NCBI GenBank assembly: GCA_963790205.1
Contig: CAWBNQ010000014.1
Location: forward strand, 256,001 to 320,000
DNA length: 64,000 bases
Source: Nitrospirota bacterium
GTDB lineage: Bacteria > Nitrospirota > UBA9217
Reading direction: 5' to 3'
The position numbers and the translations under genes are program-made. Shown here in pieces: positions 10,953-19,905 of this stretch. The stretch's first letter is position 1. Every line of letters begins with the position of its first letter. The notes beneath the pieces are model-generated. The model was not told where the DNA came from and searched no databases. It saw nothing but the letters and a program-made list of their open reading frames with translations.

Positions 10953-11708
10953 CTACCGGATGCTACACTTATCGTTTTTTTGAAACATCATGATGGCGAG
11001 CATCCCTATGCCCGGGATATTCGAGATCCTCTCCATTATGGCTCCCCGCTGCAGCGTGATGGTGTTGTGCTTTCTCGCTAATAGCCTAAACCCTATCTTT
11101 TCTACCACCTCAATGAATAAGTTAATATCATACTGGCGCTTCTGGATATCGAGATAGCCGAGTTTCTCGATGGGGATGAATCTCGGCATCAAACGTTTGT
11201 TTGCATGCATCCATTTGTCCAGCTTGCAAAAGAGACTCTTACGATCGGGAACGGATACGATGAGGAAGCCGCCATCCTTCAATATGGAATGGAATGTCCT
11301 TACGGGCGACATGTCTTCTTCGACGTATTCCAAGACGCTGCTGCAGATGACTGCATCGAACTTTTGAGACGAAATCTTAGAGAGTAGCTCGTCATCCAGA
11401 TGATGATAGGAGGCGTTCGACGCAAGCCCGAACTCTTCGGCGCGCTCACTGGCCTTCCGCACCATCCCCTCAGCAATGTCCACACCGGTTACCGAGTGAC
11501 CGTTCTGCAGCATGGGAAAAGTGATGTCCCCAGAACCGCACCCGTAGTCCAGGATCGATGCATGTCTAAGACCTGTCGACCCAAAAAGTTGGTAGATCGT
11601 CCTGCAACGGTAAAAGTAGGATGTCTTTTTACCATACTTCTCTCCCCAATTCCGCGATTCGTAGTCCCAGAAGTTGGCCACTTTCGGATCGAATTTACTT
11701 GTCAGCAT
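10953..11708 (-). CDS. Class I SAM-dependent methyltransferase
   Basis: ILDYGCGSG, GVDIA, FDAVICSSVLEYV, LKDGGFLIVSVP. Confidence 0.88.
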   Translation of the reverse strand: MLTSKFDPKVANFWDYESRNWGEKYGKKTSYFYRCRTIYQLFGSTGLRHASILDYGCGSGDITFPMLQNGHSVTGVDIAEGMVRKASERAEEFGLASNASYHHLDDELLSKISSQKFDAVICSSVLEYVEEDMSPVRTFHSILKDGGFLIVSVPDRKSLFCKLDKWMHANKRLMPRFIPIEKLGYLDIQKRQYDINLFIEVVEKIGFRLLARKHNTITLQRGAIMERISNIPGIGMLAIMMFQKNDKCSIR

Positions 11709-11740
11709 AGTTCTTCACTCCCCGGATCTCAGTGAACACA

Positions 11741-11880
11741 AGAGGTGACTCCCACTATTTGGACAGTCAAGGGGTCTATTTAAGTTGAAGCAAGATCAGT
11801 CACGCCGCCAACATTGCCGCTAAGCCGCGGCAGGTTGAAGTATGCCTCATAGGGGTCTTGTCGTCAAATAGGGCTGCCTC
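11741..11880 (-). mobile_element. Remnant right end of an IS3-family-like element
   Basis: Minus strand reads a degenerate DDKTP.EAYF...LAA* followed by ACTTAA...CTGTCCAAATAGTGGGAGTCACCTCT, resembling IS3-family transposase ends and terminal IRs (from recall). Confidence 0.55.
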
Positions 11881-11977
11881 TTCCAAGAATGCCCCTGTTC
11901 ATTAACATCATTATCCTGTTTGCTTTCCGCCTGTTCGCCACATAAACGAAATCTTCACAGTTGCCTGATCCGTTCCT

Positions 11978-12151
11978 TCAAGTCATTCGTTTAGAATCGC
12001 TCCTGTACCTCAAAACAACATGGTCTTCGACGTAATACCCGCAGTCGTCAGGGCCGCGGTGCGACAGACAGGTGGTCATCTTCGCGATCTCAGCACGTAA
12101 CATTTGCTGATCTGCTTTATTGTTATGATATATGCCTGCTATGCCACACAT
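11978..12151 (-). pseudogene. asnB: N-terminal fragment of asparagine synthase-type amidotransferase
   Basis: Not in the ORF track. Translates MCGIAGIY...KMTTCLSHRGPDDCGYY..DHVVL, then diverges and stops after 57 aa. Confidence 0.85.
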
Positions 12152-12257
12152 TTCTATCGATATTCCATGTTTGCATCATTCGACCGAGCCTTTTTTTAAC
12201 AGGACGCTTAAAGTATTATCTGATTCAAGATGTGATACAGCCATCGACGTGCACAGA

Positions 12258-13202
12258 TCACCGGCTCCGGGTTATTTTGAGGTTTAAAGATCTTTTCAGT
12301 TGCTTTAATTTATCTATGATCCCTTGAGGGAAATAACAGGACAAATAGTAAACATAGGACTTTAATTTGTACGGATTAAACTCCATGCTCTTTTTAAAAT
12401 AGACCTTTGCCGCATCATATTCCTTGGTGGTAAAGCAGTTATATCCTTCGCTGAAATAAATAACGTAGTATTTGTTGTCCATGCTCTTCCGGCCCAATCT
12501 TTGGTAGAGGTCCGGATATTTTATCCTGATAAGCTCGATGTTTTTTTTGACACCTTCGATACATTTGCTATATGTCCTGCTCAGGCTGCCTTCCGTTATC
12601 CGGTAACGCACCAGGGGCTCGTCGATCATTTCAATGGGATATTCCATTGCGATTCTCATCCACATATTATCGTCTTCGGCCGCCTTGAGCTGTTCTTCAA
12701 ACAATCCCACCCTGTCAAAGACCGCCTTCCTTACCATTACTGTCGAAGTAGTGAGATAACTGTTCAAGAAGATATTTCGTACTACATCGCCTCGCATCAA
12801 TTTTTCACGCTTTCCTAAGCTTCTGTCGACTATCCTATTATATTTATCAAAAGAACAGTTCTCCGTATAAACCATGCCGACATCAGGCTTTTTATTGAAC
12901 ACATCAATTTGTTTTTCCAGCTTTTCTGGCAACCATACGTCATCAGCATCCAGGAAAGCAGTAAATTCACCTTTCGACACTTTAATTCCCAAATTTCTTG
13001 CACTCGAAACCCCATTCTGTTTCGTGTAAAAGTACCTCACCATGGGATACTTATTTTTAATAAGGTCCCCTGTTCCATCGTTCGATCCATCATCAATGAC
13101 AATGATTTCGTAGTCGCTCCGGGTTTGAGCCAGAACGCTATCTATTGCTTCACCTATATATCTCGCATAATTGTATGTCGGCATAACAACACTTATCATC
13201 AT
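12258..13202 (-). CDS. GT2 glycosyltransferase
   Basis: ISVVMPTYN, DDGSND, SSARNLG, FLDADD, ED. Confidence 0.92.
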   Translation of the reverse strand: MMISVVMPTYNYARYIGEAIDSVLAQTRSDYEIIVIDDGSNDGTGDLIKNKYPMVRYFYTKQNGVSSARNLGIKVSKGEFTAFLDADDVWLPEKLEKQIDVFNKKPDVGMVYTENCSFDKYNRIVDRSLGKREKLMRGDVVRNIFLNSYLTTSTVMVRKAVFDRVGLFEEQLKAAEDDNMWMRIAMEYPIEMIDEPLVRYRITEGSLSRTYSKCIEGVKKNIELIRIKYPDLYQRLGRKSMDNKYYVIYFSEGYNCFTTKEYDAAKVYFKKSMEFNPYKLKSYVYYLSCYFPQGIIDKLKQLKRSLNLKITRSR

Positions 13203-13286
13203 TATTTTCCCTGCATATGAGTGATTAGATAAAGATTATTAATGTTTACTAACGCGGTCATTACTGAACGACAACAACGAGGCAGC

Positions 13287-14267
13287 TTATGAACTTCTCA
13301 GTAATTTGATTTTAGTTATCATGTAACGCGGGAGTAAACTGATGATCAGACATTTCATGCAGGTCCTGTTCCGATAATCATATTTCAGGCCCAGTAAAAA
13401 ATATTTTATAGCTGATCTTCTGTTATTTTTTTTATAAAAATAGTAATAGCCCAGCTGAAAACAGGTATCACTGATATTCTTATGAATTATTTGTTTTCGA
13501 GCATACGTTGGGCTTGACTCATTACTGAGGCTTCTGATCCGATCCAGGCAATATCTCTCTACATCTTTTGTTAAATAGCTCCTATAATTGTTATATACTG
13601 CTGTGGAACTATCTATATAAGCAATTTTGTAACGTTCAGCAATACGTATCCAATAGTCGGTATCCTCACCTACCGATATATCGGTCCTGAAGTAACCGAC
13701 GGATCCAATGACGGATCTTCTCATCATTACCGTTCCGGTCCAAATCGGATGAGGAGAAAAGCTATAGAAAAGATCAATAAATTTACCGTTAAATGCTACA
13801 AGGTCATTATTGGGCTTGCCGGCGAATGATTCTTTAAAATATTCGAGGAACCTGTTATCAGCCAGGTATTTTTTCACATGGACGCCATCGGTTTTCTTCA
13901 AACCGTAATCTGTGAACACCATCATTACATCTTCGTTCGATCTCAGGACGTCGTGCCTCTGCTTAAGACTGTCGGGTTTCAATTCATCATCGGCATCCAA
14001 AAAACATATATATTCTCCCTTGCTCATGCTCATACCCGCGTTCCTCGCGGCACCCGGTCCCTTGTTGTCTTGATGCACGTATGTAATGAACTCGTTCGAC
14101 CTGTATTTGTTCAGAACTTCAGCAGTGTTATCAGTTGAACCGTCATCAACAACAATAATTTCAACAGCTTTATATGACTGGCTTAAAACGGATTCTATTG
14201 CATCACGAACGTAATCCGCGCAATTGTAAGCGGGTATTATGACGCTAATTATATCGTTCATGATCAA
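13287..14267 (-). CDS. GT2 glycosyltransferase
   Basis: SVIIPAYN, DDGSTD, AARNAG, FLDADD, GEDTD. Confidence 0.92.
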   Translation of the reverse strand: MIMNDIISVIIPAYNCADYVRDAIESVLSQSYKAVEIIVVDDGSTDNTAEVLNKYRSNEFITYVHQDNKGPGAARNAGMSMSKGEYICFLDADDELKPDSLKQRHDVLRSNEDVMMVFTDYGLKKTDGVHVKKYLADNRFLEYFKESFAGKPNNDLVAFNGKFIDLFYSFSPHPIWTGTVMMRRSVIGSVGYFRTDISVGEDTDYWIRIAERYKIAYIDSSTAVYNNYRSYLTKDVERYCLDRIRSLSNESSPTYARKQIIHKNISDTCFQLGYYYFYKKNNRRSAIKYFLLGLKYDYRNRTCMKCLIISLLPRYMITKIKLLRSS

Positions 14268-15388
14268 CGTCCGGGGAGTATCTGACCGTTCCGGCTGACC
14301 TCTTCTCTTACGACCCGCAAATATTGCATGCCAAACCTATGGTCAGGCTCCAGATGATTGCCTTCAGCCCATTCATTCCACGCTTTTATGAAAATTAAAT
14401 TATGCTCACAAGGTATTTTTTTCGTTTCCCTTAAGAGTTCTCTCAACTTTGTTCTGAAGAATTCCGGCGTTGATTCATGTAAAACCAGACCTTCCTCCCC
14501 GCATCGAGGCGTATTGTCCCAATTCGGAATGATACAAGGATATTTAATAATCCCGCTGTCAGACGGGGTAATTGTCTCCGGTAACTCGTCTTTGTAAGAA
14601 TAGATTGCGGGCTTGTGTGTTATTTGATGATATTTATTCATAAACCATTTTATTGGATGACGCTTAGAAACCCATTTCTTTCTTGATGGCAGTCTTTGCA
14701 CCATTGAGGCATCAAACCCGTACTCATTTGGATTCCATTCTGGTTGCTCCGAGACTCCGATAACGTATAATCCTTTTAATCCCGCCTTCAAAGCCATTTC
14801 CTTCCAGAATGCAATTACATTTTTTGATTCAGGTAATTCCTTAGGTCTATAGATTAGAAATATAGGTTTCCCGTCAATTTTTAAATATCTTTCATCGGTA
14901 AAAGCCTCTAATAATACATCGAAATGTAACTTGTGATCTCCATAGCCGGGATAGGTCTGCTCTATCAATATTCTTTCCGGACTGCCATGCCAAATGCCTG
15001 TCCATGTCTGGTTGGCCCAGCAAAAGCAAAAGGGAAAGTCGGGCTGTCCTGATCGCAGCACCTCGTTGAAAGGCCTTTCGAGTATTCTTTTCCCTCCGAA
15101 CCAGTAATGATAATAGCAGAATGCCTCGATGCCGTGTGCTCTCGCCATTTCAGCCTGCGCAGCTCTTGTTTCAGCCACCCGGAGATCGTAAAAGCCGAGA
15201 TCAGCGGGGACGTGCGGCTGGTAATGCCCCCGGAACAGCGGCTTCGCCTTTGCAACGTTCGTCCATTCCGTAAATCCCCTGCCCCACCACTCGTCATTCT
15301 CCGGAATCGGATGGAACTGCGGCAGGTAAAAGGCAATGAGCCTCGCAGCATACGCATTAACGGTTTTCTCGGTGCTGTTTCTCATCAA
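14264..15388 (-). CDS. WbsX-like glycosyltransferase / GH99-like domain protein
   Basis: IAFYLPQFHPIPENDEWWGRGFTEWTNV, LGFYDLR, FCYYHYWF, AWNEWAEGNHLEPD. Confidence 0.9.
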   Translation of the reverse strand: MMRNSTEKTVNAYAARLIAFYLPQFHPIPENDEWWGRGFTEWTNVAKAKPLFRGHYQPHVPADLGFYDLRVAETRAAQAEMARAHGIEAFCYYHYWFGGKRILERPFNEVLRSGQPDFPFCFCWANQTWTGIWHGSPERILIEQTYPGYGDHKLHFDVLLEAFTDERYLKIDGKPIFLIYRPKELPESKNVIAFWKEMALKAGLKGLYVIGVSEQPEWNPNEYGFDASMVQRLPSRKKWVSKRHPIKWFMNKYHQITHKPAIYSYKDELPETITPSDSGIIKYPCIIPNWDNTPRCGEEGLVLHESTPEFFRTKLRELLRETKKIPCEHNLIFIKAWNEWAEGNHLEPDHRFGMQYLRVVREEVSRNGQILPGR

Positions 15389-15413
15389 TTTTGCACCCGT
15401 TTAAGACTCTCTT

Positions 15414-16619
15414 TTAGACGCCCGCACCAAATAGTCCGGATTTGACCCGTTGAGCAATGTAATTATTAAAAAATACAACTTTCTCGAAAAGATTCAATCG
15501 CTTTACAGGCTTATCATATATTCTTTCCAACGCATCGATCATAGCTTGAGCGACCCGCTTTGGGGTGTAGTTGTCATCAATGATCTTTATGGCATTCTGC
15601 CGGATCGCTTCATAAAGACTGCTGTCGTTCAGCAGTTCCAGGACGGCGTCGGCAAACCCCCGGGGAGTATCAGCGATCATGATGTTCTTCCGGTCAGTGA
15701 GTCCCATGCCTTGCGCACCTACAGAGGTGGTAACCACCGGGACCCCATGCGCCATAGCTTCTCCGATCTTACCCTTCATCCCCGCACCAAAGCGAAGGGG
15801 AGCGACTGAAATGCGGCTGCGGTGCAGGTATGGGGATGTTTTAGGAACAAAGCCGGTCACCTTGATGCTCTCGCTTTCCAGTGACCGTATCTTGTCCGGG
15901 GGATTTGTCCCTACGATCGTGAAATGAATATCCGGTTTGGCTTGCCTGATCAACGGCAGGATGTCATTGCAAAAGAAAAGGACCGCGTCGGCATTGGGTT
16001 CATGATAAAAACTGCCGATAAAGATGAGCGTGTTCATTCCGGGAGGTGCGTCGTTGAGGCAGAACTCGTGGATATTGGGCACCACCTCGCACGTTATGTC
16101 CGGATCCTCTCTGAGGAGTGCAGAGGCATCATCCCGGGTAACGGTTATCACCGCATCCGCCTTGCGATAAACGGCGAGTTCCCTTTCCTTCGTATCCCGG
16201 TAGATGACGCGGTCAGTTTCGTCTCCCGTTAGTTCGTATTTGAGGTGTAATCTCAGATAATGCACGTCCACTGAATCTACAATCACGCGGCATTCAGGTT
16301 GAAGGATCCTGATCCGGTCGAGATAGTATTCCGCCATCATGTAGAGCTCCACGACAGCGACCTTGAACTTTTCCGTCTTCAAGAGCTTCCCCAGGGGAAA
16401 TGACCCCGCGTGAACAGTAATGTTGCGCTGCTCCATGAGAGATATATAAGCATTGTCTCCGGGCCTGGGAATCGTCGCAACAAAGATTATCTCATAATCC
16501 TTTGCCAGGATCTCGAGGATCGAGGAGAGGCGCAAATCTCCCGAATTGGTGTCAGGTCGAGGGACACATTGCGAGATGAAGAGAATTTTTTCTTTTAAAG
16601 GTCGCATCATGTGAGGCAT
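15414..16619 (-). CDS. GT4-like glycosyltransferase
   Basis: DSVDVHYLR, FIGSFYHEPNADAV, APLRFGAGMKGKIGEAMAHG. Confidence 0.9.
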   Translation of the reverse strand: MPHMMRPLKEKILFISQCVPRPDTNSGDLRLSSILEILAKDYEIIFVATIPRPGDNAYISLMEQRNITVHAGSFPLGKLLKTEKFKVAVVELYMMAEYYLDRIRILQPECRVIVDSVDVHYLRLHLKYELTGDETDRVIYRDTKERELAVYRKADAVITVTRDDASALLREDPDITCEVVPNIHEFCLNDAPPGMNTLIFIGSFYHEPNADAVLFFCNDILPLIRQAKPDIHFTIVGTNPPDKIRSLESESIKVTGFVPKTSPYLHRSRISVAPLRFGAGMKGKIGEAMAHGVPVVTTSVGAQGMGLTDRKNIMIADTPRGFADAVLELLNDSSLYEAIRQNAIKIIDDNYTPKRVAQAMIDALERIYDKPVKRLNLFEKVVFFNNYIAQRVKSGLFGAGV

Positions 16620-16696
16620 TCCCGTTTACACCAGAGAATTTCAGCCTTACCTCACGCAGGCAAAGCGAGTCGTGTCTTCAGCGCTTATTGGCTGTT

Positions 16697-17692
16697 TTAT
16701 CCATTTCCACTTCTTTGCCAGTCCGCCTTTATGAGCATTGAGACATCGGATGGACAATTGCCGAATTTGCGCAGGAGATAATCTCTGAATCCGAGATAAT
16801 GCGCATGAGAAACGACCGAATCGTATATTCCCCTATAATGCCGGATAAATACATCCATGAATCTCATTGAGCGATGCTTGAATTTTGACCTCGCACTGTT
16901 CCTCCATACGATACGCTTTACGGTAACCGTCATTAATTTTATATATTCCTTCCGTGACAGATGGCGTTCACCCCACAATAAAGAATTACGCGTCAGGAAA
17001 TAGGTAATAAGAGGAGAACTGTTTCCACCAAAGGAAGCCGAGACCTTATGATAAACTTTGGCATTCGCCACACAATATGACCTGATACCTGCCCGCCTGG
17101 CCCGATAGCACCAGTCTGTCTCCTCATAGGTCAGGAAAAATTTACGATCAAGCAAGCCGATTTTTTCTATGATCTTTGCGCTTAAAAATAAAGCGCACCC
17201 ACATGCATAATCGGTTTCTTCAATCGTATCTTCGCACAGTTCCTTGTTTAAATGATAGAAAGCGCTGTTCGAGGGGTCCCACTTGACGCCTGCATACCAG
17301 ATTCTTTCAGGCTTCGAATAGTAATAGATCTGCGCCCCAAAAATTCCTCTGTCATTAAATTTCTGTGACGCCCCTGATAGTTCTTTGAGAACATGAGGAT
17401 CGACTACCGTATCATTGTTGAGAAGAAAAATATAGTCGGCGCCATGCTTCAAAGCATGGCGTATCCCGACATTGTTCCCTTCGGCAAAACCGAGATTTTC
17501 ATCGTTTTCGATCAGAACCGTACCCGGAAACTTTGCTTTTATTTCCGCGCAGGGATCATCCTGGGAACCGTTATCAACAACAACTACCTCGAAATTCGGA
17601 TAATCAATAGCATACACCGATTCCAGGCATTCTAACGTGTCTCTCAGACCATTCCAATTGAGGATGATCAGATAGATAAGTGGATTGCGCAT
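16697..17692 (-). CDS. GT2 glycosyltransferase (rhamnosyltransferase-like subfamily)
   Basis: ILNWNG, DNGS, NLGFAEGNN, LLNND, FFLTYEETDWC. Confidence 0.9.
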   Translation of the reverse strand: MRNPLIYLIILNWNGLRDTLECLESVYAIDYPNFEVVVVDNGSQDDPCAEIKAKFPGTVLIENDENLGFAEGNNVGIRHALKHGADYIFLLNNDTVVDPHVLKELSGASQKFNDRGIFGAQIYYYSKPERIWYAGVKWDPSNSAFYHLNKELCEDTIEETDYACGCALFLSAKIIEKIGLLDRKFFLTYEETDWCYRARRAGIRSYCVANAKVYHKVSASFGGNSSPLITYFLTRNSLLWGERHLSRKEYIKLMTVTVKRIVWRNSARSKFKHRSMRFMDVFIRHYRGIYDSVVSHAHYLGFRDYLLRKFGNCPSDVSMLIKADWQRSGNG

Positions 17693-17778
17693 GATAGCCG
17701 ATGGTCATCCTCGTCATGCCTCAGAGGCTGCCTCGCGATAACCTATCCCCCTTTCTCGGTCAGGCTAAGAAGCTATGT

Positions 17779-18663
17779 TCAGTCAAATATTCGCTGTATT
17801 CCCCATCGGACATTCTCGATGTAATACTTTTTGACGGTTGGAGGAAATCGCTCCATTATTCTCATGATTAGGCTTACGTCCCGATAATGATATCTTACTT
17901 CTTTTTTTCTCCTATTAAGCTTCTTAACAACTTCTTTATTTGCCCTATTCTTTTGAATTTGCTTATTGATCGCCGTCAGGTAACTCTTTCTCATGCTCAG
18001 CCTGTTTCGAGACCTTGACCCCCTTCTCACGCGGCAGGATGCCAGGACTTTGTCGACAAAAACCACCTTGGGATCCAATGCAAAAATGTTCATCCAGCAC
18101 TCCCAGTCCTCATTGGCCGGCAAACGTTCATCGAAAGCTATACCGCACTCCTTGAAAAAAGCCATGTCGAAGAGGAAGCAGTGCACCGGGATGCTCAAGT
18201 CCGTCTCCCATTTCATCATGATATCATCGAATGGATTCTTATTCGGCAAGAGGGGACTGATACGGTTGTATGTCACCGACATATCGTCGATATCGTAGAT
18301 GGCATAATCGCAGTAACTCAGTGCCTTAGCGGGGAGGTTCTGCAGCCGTTCTATCTGAATGCTTATCTTGTCAGGTTCCAGAAGATCATCAGCATCGAGG
18401 AATTGCACATATTTCCCCGATGCGGTCCTGACGCCGGTGTTCCTGGCGGCTCCGGGACCCTTGTTTTCCTGACGCACATAGATGATCCTGCCGCTGTATT
18501 TTCTTTTCAGCGTGAGTTCCGTATCATCGGTGGATCCATCGTCGACAACGATTACTTCCCGGTTCTCGTATGTCTGGTTCAATGAGCAGTCGATCGCCTG
18601 GTATACGACCGGTCCATCATTATAGGTTGGTATGATAATACTCACCATTGGTGATCCTTGCAT
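17779..18663 (-). CDS. GT2 glycosyltransferase
   Basis: SIIIPTYN, DDGSTD, FLDADD, NEDWE. Confidence 0.9.
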   Translation of the reverse strand: MQGSPMVSIIIPTYNDGPVVYQAIDCSLNQTYENREVIVVDDGSTDDTELTLKRKYSGRIIYVRQENKGPGAARNTGVRTASGKYVQFLDADDLLEPDKISIQIERLQNLPAKALSYCDYAIYDIDDMSVTYNRISPLLPNKNPFDDIMMKWETDLSIPVHCFLFDMAFFKECGIAFDERLPANEDWECWMNIFALDPKVVFVDKVLASCRVRRGSRSRNRLSMRKSYLTAINKQIQKNRANKEVVKKLNRRKKEVRYHYRDVSLIMRIMERFPPTVKKYYIENVRWGIQRIFD

Positions 18664-18710
18664 TCTTCGTTACCCTCAAAACGTATGAAGATTAGCACTC
18701 CGAATATATC

Positions 18711-19754
18711 CTAGAGCCCCAGATGCAGCCGCCGCGCAATGGCCCGGAGAAGCTTGTACAGTGGGGGGACATATGATCGCAATAGAGGAACTGCGTATAA
18801 TCTCAATGAGCTTCTTAACAACGTTGCGCTTCTTATTGATTTTATGTAATCGGGCAATGAGCTGGCCGAATTCGAATCACCCCTGTTGCCATATCTCAAT
18901 GGCTCACTCAGTATGGGAAAATGCTTTTTGAGAGACTTCAGGACATACGTTCTGGCGTTGGTCAGATCGCCTATTTTTTCATATCGATCGGATACTGCAA
19001 AACACCTCCAACGCAAGATACGGCTAAGGGTCCCGGTATATTGGGGCCCCAGGTGCGCGGCCAGAGCTTCGAACATCTTAATCATTGCCAGCTCGTGGTC
19101 CTGCCAGTTTTTCGTGGACCATACACCGCCGGGATGAACGACATACACGGCCATGGTCTCATCCAGGTACCCGATCCTGCCATGGAGCGCATTGAGTATA
19201 TGGATCAGCCAGTCCCCCATTTTCAACGTGCCGACCCAGTCCGGGATCCTTCCGAACAGGCCGCTGCGGAACATGACTGCGCAGGTCGGGATGAAGTTAT
19301 CCAGGAGGAGGTCTTCGACCGTAGAGAATGCCTTTTGACTCGGTCGGTATGATGTCGGTTCTCTACTTTCGTCCTCATAGACTATGAGGGCATCGTGAAA
19401 ACAGACCGTGCAGTCGCGGTGGCTATCCAGGAAATCCACCTGCTTCTGCAGTTTTTCGGGCGACGTCCAGTAGTCGTCGCCGTCAAGCATGGCAATATAT
19501 TCACCTTTACAGGTGTCCAGGACCTGAGCACCGTTCCTGTGCATGCCCAGGTTCTTTTCATTCAACAAGAGCCGGAATTTTTCGGGATATCTTTTTTGAT
19601 AATCGATCAGGGTAGCGCGGGTATTATCGGTAGAGCAGTCCTCTCCAATCACTATTTCATAGTCGAAGTTCGTCCTTTGCATGAGGACACTGTCCAACGC
19701 CTTCGCAATGAATTTCTCGTGATTGTAGGTTACCATTGCTACGCTTACTTTCAT
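18711..19754 (-). CDS. GT2 glycosyltransferase
   Basis: VTYNHEKFI, GEDCSTD, LDGDDYW, KLQKQVDFL. Confidence 0.9.
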   Translation of the reverse strand: MKVSVAMVTYNHEKFIAKALDSVLMQRTNFDYEIVIGEDCSTDNTRATLIDYQKRYPEKFRLLLNEKNLGMHRNGAQVLDTCKGEYIAMLDGDDYWTSPEKLQKQVDFLDSHRDCTVCFHDALIVYEDESREPTSYRPSQKAFSTVEDLLLDNFIPTCAVMFRSGLFGRIPDWVGTLKMGDWLIHILNALHGRIGYLDETMAVYVVHPGGVWSTKNWQDHELAMIKMFEALAAHLGPQYTGTLSRILRWRCFAVSDRYEKIGDLTNARTYVLKSLKKHFPILSEPLRYGNRGDSNSASSLPDYIKSIRSATLLRSSLRLYAVPLLRSYVPPLYKLLRAIARRLHLGL

Positions 19755-19794
19755 GGACCCTCTCTATTAATGCGGGCTTAGTGTCAAAACCTTT

Positions 19795-19905
19795 TGCCGC
19801 AGACGCGAAAAACGCGAAGAAACCTGAATCTTTGGGTTTAAGGTCAAAAAAACTTTGCGTCCTTTGAGCGGTTCAAGCCTTTTGGTTCCGGCTTGTCCGG
19901 GTTAG
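19795..19905. repeat. Intergenic palindromic (REP/MITE-like) element, related to 37974-38090
   Basis: Ends in ttttggttccggcttgtccgggttagg, whose reverse complement resembles cccaaccctggcaagccggaacaaaa near 37974; contains cgcgaa/ctttgcg arms. Confidence 0.55.
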
